Source of the DNA: Felis catus
Lineage: Eukaryota
Assembly (NCBI RefSeq): GCF_018350175.1
Contig: NC_058368.1
Coordinates: 113,834,001-113,898,000, forward strand
Direction of reading: 5' to 3'
DNA length: 64,000 nucleotides
Shown here piece after piece: positions 13,101 to 27,192 of this stretch. Within the stretch, counting starts at the first letter, position 1, and each line of letters begins with the position of its first letter. The translations under genes were made by a program, and so were the position numbers. The notes under the pieces are model-generated. The model was not told where the DNA came from, did no database searches, and saw nothing but the letters and a program-made list of their open reading frames with translations.

Positions 13101-13395
13101 TTTTCTTTAATTTTTTTCTACTGTATTTCTTACCTTTTTTAAAATTTTTTAAATTCTATTTTACTTCTGTCATTTCATTTTATTCTATTTCATTGTATTC
13201 ATTTTTTTTAATTTTCAAACGTTTTCCTTTTTTTTTTCCTCATTTTATTCTAGTCTATCAAGCCCCTTTCAACACTCAGACCAAAACACACCTAGAATAT
13301 GGCATTATTTATTTGATTTGTGTGTGTGTGTGTGTGTTGTTTTAACTTTTTAATTTTAATTTTTTTACCTCATTAATTCTTTTTCTTCCTTCAAA

Positions 13396-14273
13396 ATGAT
13401 GAAACAAAGGAATTCGCCCCAAAAGAAAGAGCAGGAAGAAATGACAGCCAGGGACTTTACCAACACAGATACAAGCAAGGTGTCTGAACCAGAATTTAGA
13501 ATCAGGATAATAACAATATTAGCTGGAGTTGAAAACAGATTAGAATCCCTTTCTGCAGAGATAAAAGAAGTAAAAGCTGATTAGAATGAAATAAAAAATG
13601 TTATAACTGAGCTGCAATCTCAAGCGGATGCCACGGTGGCAAGGATGGATAAGGCAGAGCAGTGAATCAGAGATATAGAGGACAAACTAGGGAGAATAAT
13701 GAAGCAAAAAGAAAGAGGGAGACTGAAGCAAAAGAGCACAATTTAAGAATCAGAGAAATTAGTGACTCATTAAAAAGGAACATCAGAATCATAGGGGTCT
13801 CAGAAGATGGAGAGAGAGAAAAAGGGGTAGAAGCATTATGTGAGGAAATCATAGCAGAAAACTTTCCTAACCTGGGGAAAGACACAGACATCAAAATCCA
13901 GGAAGCACAGAGGATTCCCAGTAGATTCAACAAAAACCAACCATCAGCAAGTCATATCATAGTCAAATTCACAAAACACTCAGGCAAGGATAGAATCATG
14001 AAAGCAGCAAGGGAGAAAAGTCCTTAACCTACAAGGGAAGACAGATCAGGTTTTGAGCAGACCTATCCACAGAAACTTGGCAGGCCAGAAAGGAGTGGCA
14101 GGATATATTCAATGTGCTGAATTGGAAAGATATGCAGACAAGAATTCTTTATCCAGCAAAGCTGTCATTCAAAATAAAAGGAGCAATAAAGAGTTTGCCA
14201 GACAAACAAAAACTAACGGAGTCTGTGACCACTAAACCAGCCCTGAAAGAAATTCTAAAGGGGACTCTCTGAG
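13396..14273 (+). pseudogene. L1 ORF1p, broken by stops and frameshifts
   Basis: Fragments MMKQRNSPQKKEQEE... and ...LKRNIRIIGVSE...EIIAENFPNLGK...EAQRIP... in different frames. Confidence 0.9.
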
Positions 14274-14362
14274 AGGAGAAAAGACAAAACTAAACAAAAA
14301 AGACCAAAAGCAACAAACACTAGAAGGGACCGGAGACCACCAGAAACTCTGCAGGCAACACA

Positions 14363-17300
14363 AAGGCAATAAATTCATATCTTTCGGTACTCACTCTAAA
14401 TGTCAGTGGAGTAAACGCTCAAATCAAAAGACAAAGAATGGATAAGAAAACAAGACCCATCTATATGCTGTTTTCGAGAGACCCATTTTAGACCTAAAGT
14501 CACCTTCAGATTGAAAGTAAGGGGATAGAGAACAATCTGTCATGCTAATGGTTGTCAAAAGAAAGCTGGAGTGGCCACACTTATATCAGACAATCTGATT
14601 TTAAAATAAGGACTGTAACAAGAGATGAAGAAAGGCATTATATCATAATTAAGGGTCTGTCCACCAAGATCTAACAACTGTAAGCATTTATGCCCCATCA
14701 TGAAAGCACCCAAATATATAAATCAATTAATCACAAACATACAGAAACTCATTGATAATAATACCATAATAGTAGGGGACTTCAACACCCCACTTACAGC
14801 AAGAGACAGATAATCTAAACAGAAAATCAACAAGGAAAAAATGGCTTTGAATGACACACTGGACCAGATGGACTTAACAGATACATTCAGAACATTTCAT
14901 CCTAAAACAGCAGAATATACATTCTTCTCCAGTGCACATGGAAAGTTCTCCAGAGTAGACCACATACTGGGACACACACAAGCCCTGAACAAGTACAAAA
15001 AAATCAAGATCATACTATGCATATTTTCAGACCACAACACTATGAAACTCAAAATCAACCATGAGAAAAAATTTGTAAAGGTAAAAAGTACTTGGAGACT
15101 AAAGGACATCCTACTAAAGAATGAATGGGCTAACGAAGAAGTAAAAGAGGAAATTAGAACGTACATAGAAGCCAATGAAAATGATAATACTACAGCCCAA
15201 AACCTCTGGGACACAGCAAAGGTGGTCATAAGAGAAAAGTGTATAGCAATCCAGGCCTTCCTAAAGAAGCAAGAAAGGTCTCAGACACATAACCTAACCT
15301 TACACCTTAAAGAGCTAGAAAAAGAACAGCAAATAAAACCCAAAACCAGCAGAAGACAGGAAATAATAAAGATTAGAGCAGAAATCAATGCTATCCAAAC
15401 CAAAAAAAACCACAACAGGCCAATGAAACCAGAAGCTGATTCTTTGAAAGAATTAACAAAATTGATAAAACACTAGCCAGTCTGATCAAAAAGAAGAAGG
15501 AAAGGACCGAAATAAAATCAAGAATGAAAGAAGAGAGATCACAACCAGCAAAACAGAAATAAAAATAATAATAAGAGAATATTTTGAGCCAATAAAATGG
15601 GTAATCTTGAAGAAACATACAAATTTCTAGAAACACATACACTACCAAAACTGACACAAGAAGAAATAGAAAATTTGAACAGACCCATAACCAGTAAAGA
15701 AATGGAATTAATAATCAAAAATCTCCCAAAAAACAAGAGTCCAGGGCCAGATGGGTTTCCAGGGGGAAATCTACCAATATTTAAGGAAGAGTTAACACCT
15801 ATTTTCATGAAGCTGTTCCAAAAAATAGAAATGGAAGGAAAACTTCCAAACTCTTTCTATGAAGCCAGAATTACCTTGATTCTAAAACCAAAGTACCCAC
15901 TAAAAAGGAGAATGATACACCAATTTCCCTGATGAACATGGATGCAAAAATCCTCAACAAGATATTAGCCAACTGGATCCAACAATACTTTTAAAAAATT
16001 ATTCACCACGACCAAGTGGGATTTATACCTGGGGTGCAGGGATAGTTCAATATCCACAAAACAATCAATGTGATACATCACATCAATAAAAGAAAGGACA
16101 AGAACTACATGATCCTCTCAATAGATGCAGAGAAAGCATTTGACAAAATACAGCACCCTTTCTTGATAAAAACCCTCAAAGAAGTAGGTATAGAAGGACC
16201 ATACCTCAAGATCATAAAAGCCATAATATGAAAGACCCAACACTAATATCATCGTCAATGGGGAAAAACTGAGAGCTTTCCCCCTAAAGTCAGGAACAAG
16301 ACAGAAATGTCCACTGTTGCCACCATTATTCAATATAGTATTGGAAGTCTTAGACTCAGCAATCAGACAACACAAAGAAATAAAAGGCATCCAAATCATC
16401 CAGGAGGAGGTCAAAATTTCACTCTTCAAAGATGACATGATATTCTATATGGAAAGCCCAAAAGATTCCACCAAAAAACTATTGTAACTGATCCATGAAT
16501 TCAGCAAAGTCACAAGATATAAAATCAATGCACAGAATTGGTTGCATTCCTATACACCAACAATGAAGCAACAGAAAGAGCAATCAAGGAATCGATCCCA
16601 TTTACAAATGCACCAAAAACCATAAAATACCTAGGAATAAATCTAACCAAAGAGGTAGAAAATCTATACACTGAAAACTATAGAGAGCCTATGGAAGAAA
16701 TTGAAGAAGACACAAAGAAATGGAAAAATATTCCATGATCCTGGATAGGAAGAACAAATGTTGTTAAAATGCCAATGCTACCCAAAACAATCTACATATT
16801 CAATGCAATCCCTATCAAAATAACACCAGGCCGGCTTCTTCACAGAACTAGAACAAACAATCCTAAAATTTGTATGGAACTGGAAAAGACCCCAAATAGC
16901 CAAAGAAATCTTTATAAAGAAAACCAAAGCAGGAGGCATCATAATCCCAGACTTCATGATGTATTACAAAGCTGTCACCATCAAGACAGACACTCAGGTC
17001 AATGGAACAGAATAGAGAACCCAGAAATGGACCCACAAATGTATGGCCAACTCATCTTTGACAAAGCAGGAAAGAATATCCAATGAAATAAAGATAGTTC
17101 TTCAGCAAGTGATGCTGGGAAAACTGGACAGTAACATGCAGAAGAATGAACCTGGACCACTTTCTTACACCACACACAAAAATAAACTCAAAATGGATGA
17201 AAGACCTAACTATAAGACAGGAAGCCATCAAAATCCTTGAGGAGAAAAGGAGAAATCAGGCAAAAACCTCTTTGATCTTGGCTGCAGCAACTTCTTACTC

Positions 17301-18134
17301 AACATGTCTCTGGAGGCAAGGGAAACAAAGGCAAAAATGAACTACTGGGACCTCATCAAAATAAAAAGCTTCTGCACAGTGAAGGAAACAATCAGTAAAA
17401 CTAAAAGGCAACCAACAGAATGGGAGAAGATATTTGCAAATGACATTTCAGATAAAGGGTTAGTATCCAAAATCTATGAAGAACTTCTCAAACTCAACAC
17501 CCCAAATACAAATAATCCAGTGAAAAAATGGGCAAAAGACATGAATAGACACTTCTCCAAAGAAGACATCCAGATGGCCAACTGACACATGAAAAAATGC
17601 TCAACATCACTCATCATCAGGGAAATACAAATCAAAACCACACTGAGATACCACCTCACACCTGTCAGAGTGGCTAACATTAACAACTCCAGCAACAACA
17701 GATGTTGGCGAGGATGCAGATAAAGAGGATCTCTTTTGCATTATTGGTGGCAATGCAAGCTGGTGCTGCCACTCTGGAAAACAGTATGGAGGTTCCTCAA
17801 AAAATTAAAAATGGAACTACCCTGCGACCCAGCAATTGTTCTACTAGGTATTTATCCAAGGGATACAGGTGTGCTATTTCAAAGGGACACATGCGCCCCC
17901 ATGTTTATATCAGCACTATCAACAATAGCCAAAGGATGGAAAGAGCCCAAATATCCACTGATGGATGAATGGATAAAGAAGATGTGGCATATCTATATGA
18001 TGGAGTATTACTCGGTAATCAAAAAGAATGAAATCTTGCCATTTGCACCTACATGGATGGAACTGGAGGTTATTGTTCTAAGCAAAATTGGTCAGTCAGA
18101 GAAAGACAACTATCATATGGCTTCACTCATGTGA
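14363..18134 (+). pseudogene. L1 ORF2p (endonuclease and RT), disrupted
   Basis: Start apparently mutated (aag gca); EN-like YTFFSSAHGKFSRVDHILG and [14 protein letters not shown] core reads FKDD (16425-16436); C-terminal HYWWQC; many frameshifts. Confidence 0.92.
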
Positions 18135-19584
18135 GGACTTTAAGACACAGAACAGATGAACACAAGGGAAGGGAAGCAAGAATAATATAAAAACAGGGAG
18201 GGGAACAAAACATAAGAGAATCTTAAAGATGAAGAACAGAGGGTTACAGGAGGGATAGTGGGATGGGAGATGGGCTAAATGCGTAAGGGGCATTAAGGAA
18301 CCTACTCCTGAAATCATTGTTCCACTATATGCTAACTAACTTGGATGTAAATTAAAAAATATATATTTGCCAGAAAAAGAAAATATGGAAGAAGATAAAT
18401 TAAATATATATTGTAACCTCAAAAAGAAAAAAATTTGCTTTTCAACTGTAAACCCTAATGTGTTATGAACCCTGAGATGATTACTCTTAGGATCATGCCT
18501 CTTAAGACAAACATGTTTTGAAGCAGCAAGAAATGCACCTCACACCCATAATGCCTCACAGGCTGAACTAAGATCCTCAACACCCAGGAAGAAAATGCAA
18601 CACAGGTTGTCCTTTACTTTCAGCTTCCTTATCCACAAAATCCAGTCTGGTCAATGAAGCCATCAGCAGACTGAAATTCTAGATTTCAGATTCTGACCTG
18701 CCTATATCTTTAATTGCTCCAAATCCAAATTTTTGTTAATCCTCTAACCTGTTTAATGAAGCACAATAAATGTTTGAGGATTAATGAACATGTTAATAAG
18801 AAAGAAGAGATGAATTTACCAAGGATGCCTGGCAGATAAAAGAATGAAAGCTGTTAGAAAATATTAAAAGATGTGATTAACTGTACATGAGAAAGATGCA
18901 ATTAGCATTACTGTTTTCAGAAAGAACTTCATCACATGCATCAGATTAAATTGCCCCTTTTTCCTGCAAATAAATCAGAGACTTGTCTCTTCTTTAATGG
19001 AATTCAACCCTTGGCTCTTATGAATCAGGATCAGATTGTAACATTCTTGCCTGATAAGACTAGAATTATTTCTAACCAATTCAGAAGCTGCTCACTCTTG
19101 GTTATACTGATCATTACCAGAATTAAAATATAGGAAAGGAGCCCCAGCTTTCACACAAATCAGGGGAGAGGAGAGGGAAAGGGGGAGAAAACCTGCAGGC
19201 AAAAATCAATTAGGCCAGCTCATGGCCTTTGCACACTCTTAAGACTCACTCAAAGGAAAAGATCAAATTCCAATTCATATTTCCACTCATTGCTCATTCC
19301 TCTAGCAGAAAAATCGACGGCACAGATAAGAGGGAAGGATGGTGTTTGCCCCTTGCTGGGCATTTTGTGCATTTTGAAGCTCTTTAGTATGCATGATTCT
19401 ACTCAAGCTTCGTACCAGCGCTGTGCGGTCAGCAGGCAGACATTCCCACATTATAGATGAGGAGCCTGAGTTCCCAAGAAGTTCTGTGACTTGCCCAAAT
19501 TTGAGTTATGGAGGTTTTTTCTCCAGTAGTAATCAGGCAAGGATTCAAATTCAGGTTCTAGTGGTTTCAGTATAATGCTCCTAG

Positions 19585-19585
<1 letters not shown>

Positions 19586-19630
<45 letters not shown>
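19586..19630. repeat. (CA)n microsatellite
   Basis: Seen directly. Confidence 0.97.
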
Positions 19631-19636
<6 letters not shown>

Positions 19637-21134
19637 CAACACAATTCAAAATACTCCCAAAAAATCCCCTATCACCTCAGTTCAGTAAAAGCAAACTAGC
19701 AGAACAAGGGAGTAGCATGCACACAGGAGGGAATTTAAATTTGCTGAGCACCTATTAAAAGCCAACCACTCTGCTGGGCCAACTACATTCACCATAGCCT
19801 CACACTAGCTCTGCAAAGGATATGTTACTGTTTTCATTTCACAGATGAGGACACTGGGTCACAGGAAAGTAAAATGACTTGCTGGGGCTTCAGTTTCCTC
19901 ATCTATGACATTGTAGGATTGGACTTGATGATCTCTAAGGTCTCTTCCATATCTAAGAATCTGTGATTCTAAGAAAAGCAAAGGAGCTGCTCCACCATGC
20001 AACGGAAGGGAATGCTGGGGTCTTGTTTTCCATACTCATCAGCTCTCTCCCGGGTGTGCAAAGGCCGGCCCCCACTCTCTGAAACTGTCCCAGGCCAAAG
20101 AGGAGCAGCTGTTTCCTGAGAAGCAAGAAACCCAGTGGAATTTTCTTTTGTCCCTCTCCAGGTAAAAGATCCCTATGGTTCTCAGAGCACAGCCCAGATG
20201 CACTAGCCTGAGGATTCCCAGGGAAATACAGCCTATGGCCAGGCAGCCCCATATGCTGAGTGGGAGGACCCCATACACAAAACCAGAATAAACTTCCTGA
20301 AAGCCCAAGAGAGCCACCAGCCTTCTGTGTACCTCCCCAGAACCCACCTGCCTCGGACCTGCATTCCTTAGAGCAGGAACCCACAGGCCAGAGACCAAGC
20401 CACACTGGGGAGGGGAGTTATGGAAGTGTCTGACTCAACCAAGGTTGATTTCCCTTCCCTGATATTAATAATAGCAGCAGCTGCTGCCATCTGTGCACCC
20501 TTACCGAGTGCCAAGCAGGGCTCCAAGTTCTTTCCACAGCATGCAATATTTAGTCCTTCCCATAATTCTGTGCTGTGGACACTGATGTTACCCCTGTTTT
20601 GCAGGTAAAGAAACTGAGGATCAGAGGTTAAGTAAATGGCCTATAGTCACACCACTAGAAAGGGAAGGACCTCAGGAGTCAAACGTAGGTCTTCTGACCT
20701 GGCAGCTTGGACTCTTAGCAGCCTCCCCCAGGGTCTGGCACCATGCCTGGTGTTCACCAAGTGCGTGTCGAAAAGCAAGCATGTCCATATGGTAAAAGGA
20801 CAGGGAGCCCTTCAAGGGAAGAGTGCCTGAGCTCTGGGAGGAAACTCACACATGCCTACAAACATGCTACAAAAAAAGCAGTTCTCAAAACAGCAGGGAC
20901 GCCTTGCATACAACTCTGGGGAAATGAGCCACGGCCCTCACCAAAAACTAGAAGTGAATAGGGATGTGGGGTGGGTGGTACTTTGTGTTTACACTTATGT
21001 GAGCTTCTTCTTCCTGAGGGTTGATTCACTGCACAGTCAAAATTCACAAGTTTCAAAAAATAAAGTGGAATCATCTCTAGGTCTTGATGGGGAAGGGGAT
21101 GCAGTAAACCCAACATAGAGACAAAGTAGAAACT

Positions 21135-21740
21135 TCCATTTATTCACATAGCAAATATACTGTGCACCAGTCTCCATCCTTACAAAGACTACAGGGGAGA
21201 GACCTGGATAAAGCAACTTCGAATGATATGGCGTTAACCACTGAGGTGGATCTGACAAAGAAAAGTGAATTATGAGAGTACTTATTGGAGTAATTTGATT
21301 TAGTTTGATGAGATCATGGCAGGCCTAAGCAAAGACATTGAAGCAGAAGCATGAAAGATGAATAGGAGTTCATCAAGGCAAAGGAGGGTGGCAGTGGGAA
21401 AAGCATTAAATAGTGAGGGAACAGCATATGCAAAGTCCTGCAGTTTGGGTGCCAAAGGAAGGCTGGGGTGGAAGATTATGATGAGGTGAGTACGAATAGA
21501 TGGGCCTGGAGTGCTCTAGGCTGTGCTTAGGGTGTTTCATTATGTTGCAAGCACCATAGGAAGTCACCAAACTGGAAAGAGACAAGAACAGTTTGCTGTT
21601 TTTGGAAAGACCACACTGGTTGTTGCGCAGAGAATGGGCGGTGGCTTAGGGAAGCTGGAAGCAGAGAGATTAGTTATGAGGTGAATCCTTTCATCCAGAC
21701 AAGCACAAAGAGTGGCCCCGGGAGGGTAACAGATTGAGAT
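21135..21740 (-). mobile_element. Highly degenerate L2 remnant
   Basis: Motifs such as agggaacagcatatgcaaagtcctgcag and tggaaagaccacactggttg. Confidence 0.55.
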
Positions 21741-23153
21741 GGCAAGATGTGCATTGAGTCAGGGGACATTCATGGCAGGGATTAGGATGGGGGGCATTAT
21801 AAACAAGACTGGGAAGAGCTGGCACTCAATTAATACCTTCCACTCAGACTTTGCAGCAGCTCCAGAAGTGATGGGCACTAGGATGAGTACCAGAAATGGG
21901 GTTACCTGAGGTCTCACCTGAAGTCTCAGCCTTCCTAAGCACCTGTCTCCCCATTTGGAGAAAGCCAAGGGCAGCTCTGGGTACTTGCTTCCTCAGCTTT
22001 CTCCCTCATGTGGGACCCCTCCCCAGTGAAAGTATGTGGTAGTCCCCAACAGGTGCTCCCTGGGGCAGGGGAAGAGGTGGCACTCCTGAGAAGAAGACAG
22101 AGGAGAAGTAAACTTCCCTTTTTGCAGAGGGGAAGACTGTGGCCACTATGCTCCACAAAAGGGAGAAACAAGGGAAACAATTCAAATCCAGCTCAAACTC
22201 TAAATAAATTCTTTCTAATTGAAGACAAAGCCCAATACCAACAGAAATATATACCATCATTTTTAAATGGCATCCTTTATCTCACTGCAAACCAACTTTT
22301 CTAGAGAGTTTCAATAGACACATTTGTTCTAATCAAATGGCTGAATCCAGAAAATGGGAAAGGGGATGATGACTCCACCCGAGGAGGCACCACGCCTGGC
22401 CGAGCCCCCCATGGCAGCCCTGAGCCCTCCACAAGCTCACCTGCACCAACATTTCACAGAGCATCCCCTTGATCCCTCAAGGGGATGCCTCAAGGCAGCC
22501 CTGCACCTGCCCCAAGACTGTTGGTTCCATCATAACCCTAGTAATGATGATAAAAGCTACAATTTATGGAGCATCTACTGGGAGCCAGACCAATAATTCA
22601 GGTAAGTGGAGTCATCCCATTTATACTTACGATGAATTGGAGACTCAGAGGGGTGAAACAAGTTGTAAGCAACTTAACTAGGACTCAAACCCCAGACCTG
22701 ACATCTGAGCCACCCTTAACCATTTTGCTAAACCTCCCCCTGGGCCCCTTTGGCCATTCCTCAGAGTATTTTGCCTAAGTCAGCTGTGGCCAAGGGAGTG
22801 GGGGAAGGGCTGGCAGCGTCCTGTTCTGCAATGAGAAGGAGAAGAACAGTTATTATTCTGCCCTCACCTGCCAGCGAGCCCCTAGGTGCCTACCAGACTG
22901 AAATAAGGAGAGACGGCTCAGAGCTAAAAAGTCAAGGGCCCAGGAGCTGGGAAGTATGTCATTGGAGCACAGCTCTCAGAAAGGGATGGCCTGGAACCCC
23001 ACGTCAGCTCTTCCTGACCTCCTGACTGTCTCCAGGGCTGACAGCATTATCCCCCTGCCAGGTCTAAGCTGACATTGTCCCACCTCTTGCAGGTTCCTCT
23101 AAGGCACACGGAAGCAGGTGAGCATGGTGGTTAAGAGCAAGGACCCAGAGCAA

Positions 23154-23333
23154 AGCCACCTGGGTGGCTCAGTCGGTTAAGAGTCCAACTTCAGCTCAGG
23201 TCAGGGTTTTGCAGTTTGTGGGTTCTGCACATTGGGCTCTGTGCTGACAGCTCAGGGCCTGAAGCCTGCTTGGGATTCTGTCTCCTTTTGTCTCTGCGTC
23301 TCTCTCTCTCTCAAAAATAAACAGTAAAAAAAG
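23154..23333 (+). mobile_element. Internally deleted Can-SINE inserted in a MIR
   Basis: cctgggtggctcagtcggttaag head, CT tract, A tail; MIR-like flanks (gtggttaagagc...ctggagtcagac). Confidence 0.88.
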
Positions 23334-24665
23334 AAAGCAAGGCCCTGGAGTCAGACCACTGGGATTCCAACCTTGGGAACCTTGACAAAATCACTTTACT
23401 TTCTAACCAGAATTTCCCCCATCTACAAAACGGGAAGGACAGTAATAACACTCAGTGCACAGGGTTGCTGCAAGAACTAGCTGGTTACGGTAATTAAGGT
23501 TAAGACAGCGCAGGTTAAGGTAGCCCATGACAGACTGTGTTGGCTGTCACCACACCTTCCACCCTGGAAAAGGGTCCATCCATCCTGCAAGAAAGACATT
23601 GACCATGTGAGCCCTGCTGAGACTTCCTGGATGTGGGTGTGCCTACATCCACATGTAGGAAAACTGGGTTAAGCACCAGCTCTCACAATCATGAACTCAC
23701 TGGAGCCTCACCAGACACCTTTGAAATCACCTTTCCTGTGCAACTGATGTGGAAACAGAGACTCAGAGGGGGCAAAGTGACTCAGCCAAGGCTACACAGC
23801 CAGTGAGGACGGCTCTAGGAAGAAGTGAACCCTAATCCAGTGCCTGCTCCATTATTTCACACCCTCCCTTTGTGCCTTCCTGTCTAAAGCATGCCAATAA
23901 GTATTTTACCATTCGTTTAATGAGACCATATTCCAGGCCAGAAACCGTGTTAGGCTCTGCCCTCAGAGATGAACATGCCGACATAAACAGAAGATTGCAA
24001 TTCCAGGGAAGGGGGCCTGGAGCGTCTGCCAAGTTCCCTTGGGGACACAAAAGAGGGAGTAATCAACCCTGCTAGAGAGAGGAAGGTGGAGAGCAAAGTC
24101 TGCTGGGAGGAGAGACCACACAACCAGGTAGACAGATGGGGCTGGAGAAGGTGATCTGGACCCAGGCATTTGAGAGGCACTTCCAGGACCTGTGGCTGGA
24201 GTGGCCACCTACACTTGTGCTCCTGTCACTTCGTCTCTTTGTGATGCCTTAGTCCACTTTCCTAGGATTCTCCTGTTTAATCCCCAGCAGCTGTCCCAGC
24301 TCTTTCCTCAGGTCACTTCATACTCCCCCAACCCGCAGGCACGATATCCCAACAAGTGCTGTCCTCTTGGAGGCCACAGCAGTCTGGGTGTGTTTGGCTC
24401 CTGACACTGGCCGGAGAAGCCAATGAGACCCAGGCAGCCTTAGTTGCAGATGCATGAAGCGTTCACCTTGTACTTTCCTTCAGGGCTACTTCTGGGCCGG
24501 GATCTGGGGACCACAGTGCCACCTGTGCTGGTGAGGCCAGGCTGAGTCATGCCACTCACCCCTCAAGAGCCTTCTCTTGCTCCCAGCTCCAGGATCCCCC
24601 CCTACCCCCATGCTTCACTGAGCCTGCTTATTCAGCTGCTTTATTACTATCAAAAACTACTATTT

Positions 24666-24910
24666 GGGGGGTGCCTGGGTGGCTCAGTCAGTTGCATGTC
24701 TGACTTTGGCTCAGGTCATGATCCCACAGCTCACCAGTTTGAGCCCCACGTCAGGCTCTGGGCCGACAGCTCAGAGCCTGGAGCCTGCTTTGGATTCTGT
24801 GTCTCCTGTCTCCTTCTCTCTCTCTCTGCCCCTCCCTCTCTGGTTCTCTCTCGCACGCTCTCTCTCTCTCTCTCAAAAGTAAACATTAAAAAATTTTTTT
24901 TTAAAAAAAC
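24666..24910 (+). mobile_element. Can-SINE
   Basis: Typical head, CT tract, tail. Confidence 0.93.
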
Positions 24911-26986
24911 CTAGTATCTTTTTAATGCTTACTATATTCCAGGCCAAAGAAATCTTTTTAATTGAAATGAATATTCTGCCCAGGATCTGCAATTCACAGG
25001 AAAACATGCTACCCCAAGAAAGATCCTTGAGTCTTTGTCCTTCAGAACCTTCCTTGACAGGAACCTTTCAGCTCTTTCTAGGCTGATAATGTTTTCCTCT
25101 GGAGTGATGAAAGAATCTGAGTGCTTCTACCCCAGAAAGCACAGATATTTTAGGATTATTTCAGGGACCAAATGTCTCTGTGATAACAAGATCCGTTCTC
25201 CCTTTCCAAATGTGGGTCTGTGAAAATGATTCAAATAAGAGGCCCACTATTTTCTAGCAATCTGTAAGACTGCAGCAATATACCCCAAAGTATCCCCAAA
25301 GATAGAAGAGTAAGATTAAATAATCTGAAGATAATTTCTTCCAGGAAAAGAATAATGTTGTCATCAAAATGAAAACCCTTGTAATAAAACCGAATTATGC
25401 TGAAACCTTGGGAGCACTCTGCCTCTCTCCTGCCATTTCAAGACAGCGCTTCTGCAAAAACCAGGGCTGGAACTGTCTGCACAGGGCTCATATCAGAGGC
25501 AGAGAATGAGGGAATGCAGATGTCCACACTGCCTGGTCAGGCCATTCGTTTTCTCCAAGGGATAACGGAAACCAGGTCTAATGTTAAGTGCCAAGCGATT
25601 GAGCAGACAACAGGAGAACAGACAGAACATGGCTAATACCAAGGAGGTCAAAGCAAGATAGGCCAGGCATCAAGGAAATCAGAACAACCAGAGTCAGAAG
25701 AATGGCAGCCACTGCTACTGTCTCTCCGGTTCGGTCCAGATTGGTGGGCTGAAGCTTTCCCATTTTGTTTGGGGTCTAAACAGGGAGTAGGCCCAAAGGC
25801 AAATCTACGTATGATTGCAAATAAAGGCAAGAGATGGGGCTTGCACAGGAGGGGGAGAGGCAGCCCACTGGGTGCTTCTACAGTCAAGCTCTGTCAGACC
25901 AGGGATTCGAGCAAACCATGTGCAAAGCCCTTCCAAAGGCTAGTATGAAAGAAACTGTCTTTAAGTATCTGCATAAAGAAAATGAAGTGTCTATTGTAGC
26001 ACAGCACACCAAGAAGACGGGAGGTATTTCCCCTCATGTTTAGGGGTATGTTTGTGACAGTCTGACTTAAAACACAGGGACACATATTAGGCATTTTGGA
26101 AGCACTGAGAAGGGGCACCAAAGCAGTTGGAAATGAAGTGCACAGGTTGACATCAAGGAGCAGCCTCTCAGGTAAAATATTTAGACACTACATGCAGAGA
26201 AAACAAACGAGGGTGTTCAGTGTGGGCCCTAAACCTGAAGACACCAAGAGACTGCCTGGCATGCACAATGAGGTTTGTGATAGAGCAGCTGCTTACTGGA
26301 CAGTGAGGGGCTCCAAGAAAGCACTTACTTCATGATGTTAATAATTGTCTGGGCTTCAAAAGGCTTCTCGGTCTTCCAACTAGCCAGGGGGCAGAAAGAA
26401 AAAATGCAGAGCGTGGCCTGAAAATCTACTACAACCAGTGCCCAAAGTATCCAGTGCCAAAGAGAGGTTCTTTCCTCCCATGCCCCCTCTCTGCCCTTCC
26501 TACCCCAAATGCACCTCTCCAGCAGCAGCAGGCTTCCTTCCTTTTCCCCACTCTGACTTTCCAGGGGTGGGGCTTAGCTATCTGAGGATGCACAAAGTCC
26601 AGCACAGAGCTTGGCCAACAGTGGGTGCTCAAGAGGGTTTGGGAAGTGGATACACAATGGATAACTCTCTAGGTCTAGGGCCTGAGGTCTGTGAGGTTAA
26701 GAGCAACTTGATTAAGCATGCTCCATCTCTTACTTTCCCATTCTTTCCCTCCCCTCCTGAGTTTCCTCCCCAACTCTCTCAAGTCCTGCTCTCCCAGAAG
26801 GACCTGATGCCAGCACTTTGTTAACTCTTAGGCCGTTTTCTCTGCCCTGGGACTCTGCCATTTTAAGCTGGGTCCCTAGGATGAAAGGGGTTTCTATTTG
26901 AGGAATGTCCAAGTCTCTGCAGACTAATAGGAGGGAGGGAAGGGAGGAGGAGGAGGAGAGAGAGATTGAAAAGTGTTTGAGCCCTT

Positions 26987-27192
26987 GGGGCACCTGGGTG
27001 GCTCAGTCAGTATGCATCTGACTCTTGGTTTTAGCTTAGGTCATGTTCTCACAGTTCATGGGTCTGAGCCCCATCTCAGGCTCCACGCTGACAGTGTGGA
27101 ACCTGCTTGGAGTTCTCTCTCTCCCTCTCTCTCTGCCCCTCCCCCCACTCTTCTCTCACTCTCTCTCTCAAAATAAAAATAAATTAAAAAAA
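26987..27192 (+). mobile_element. Can-SINE
   Basis: Typical head and tail; aaaagtgtttga repeated on both sides. Confidence 0.93.

Larger units (their letters stand above)
11701..18427 (+). mobile_element. Near-full-length felid-type L1, inactive
   Basis: 5' end gagaggagccaaggtgg; ~1.7 kb 5' UTR; ORF1, ORF2, 3' UTR; TSD aaaatatttgcttttta (11684-11700) / aaaaaatttgcttttca (18428-18444). Confidence 0.96.

Noticed and set aside
11701..18427. Active, retrotransposition-competent L1
   Set aside because: Multiple stops and frameshifts in both ORFs, FKDD in the RT core, CpG-depleted 5' UTR.
23628..23651. Short hairpin ggatgtggg-tgtg-cctacatcc
   Set aside because: A 9-bp stem with a G-T pair is expected by chance in 64 kb.
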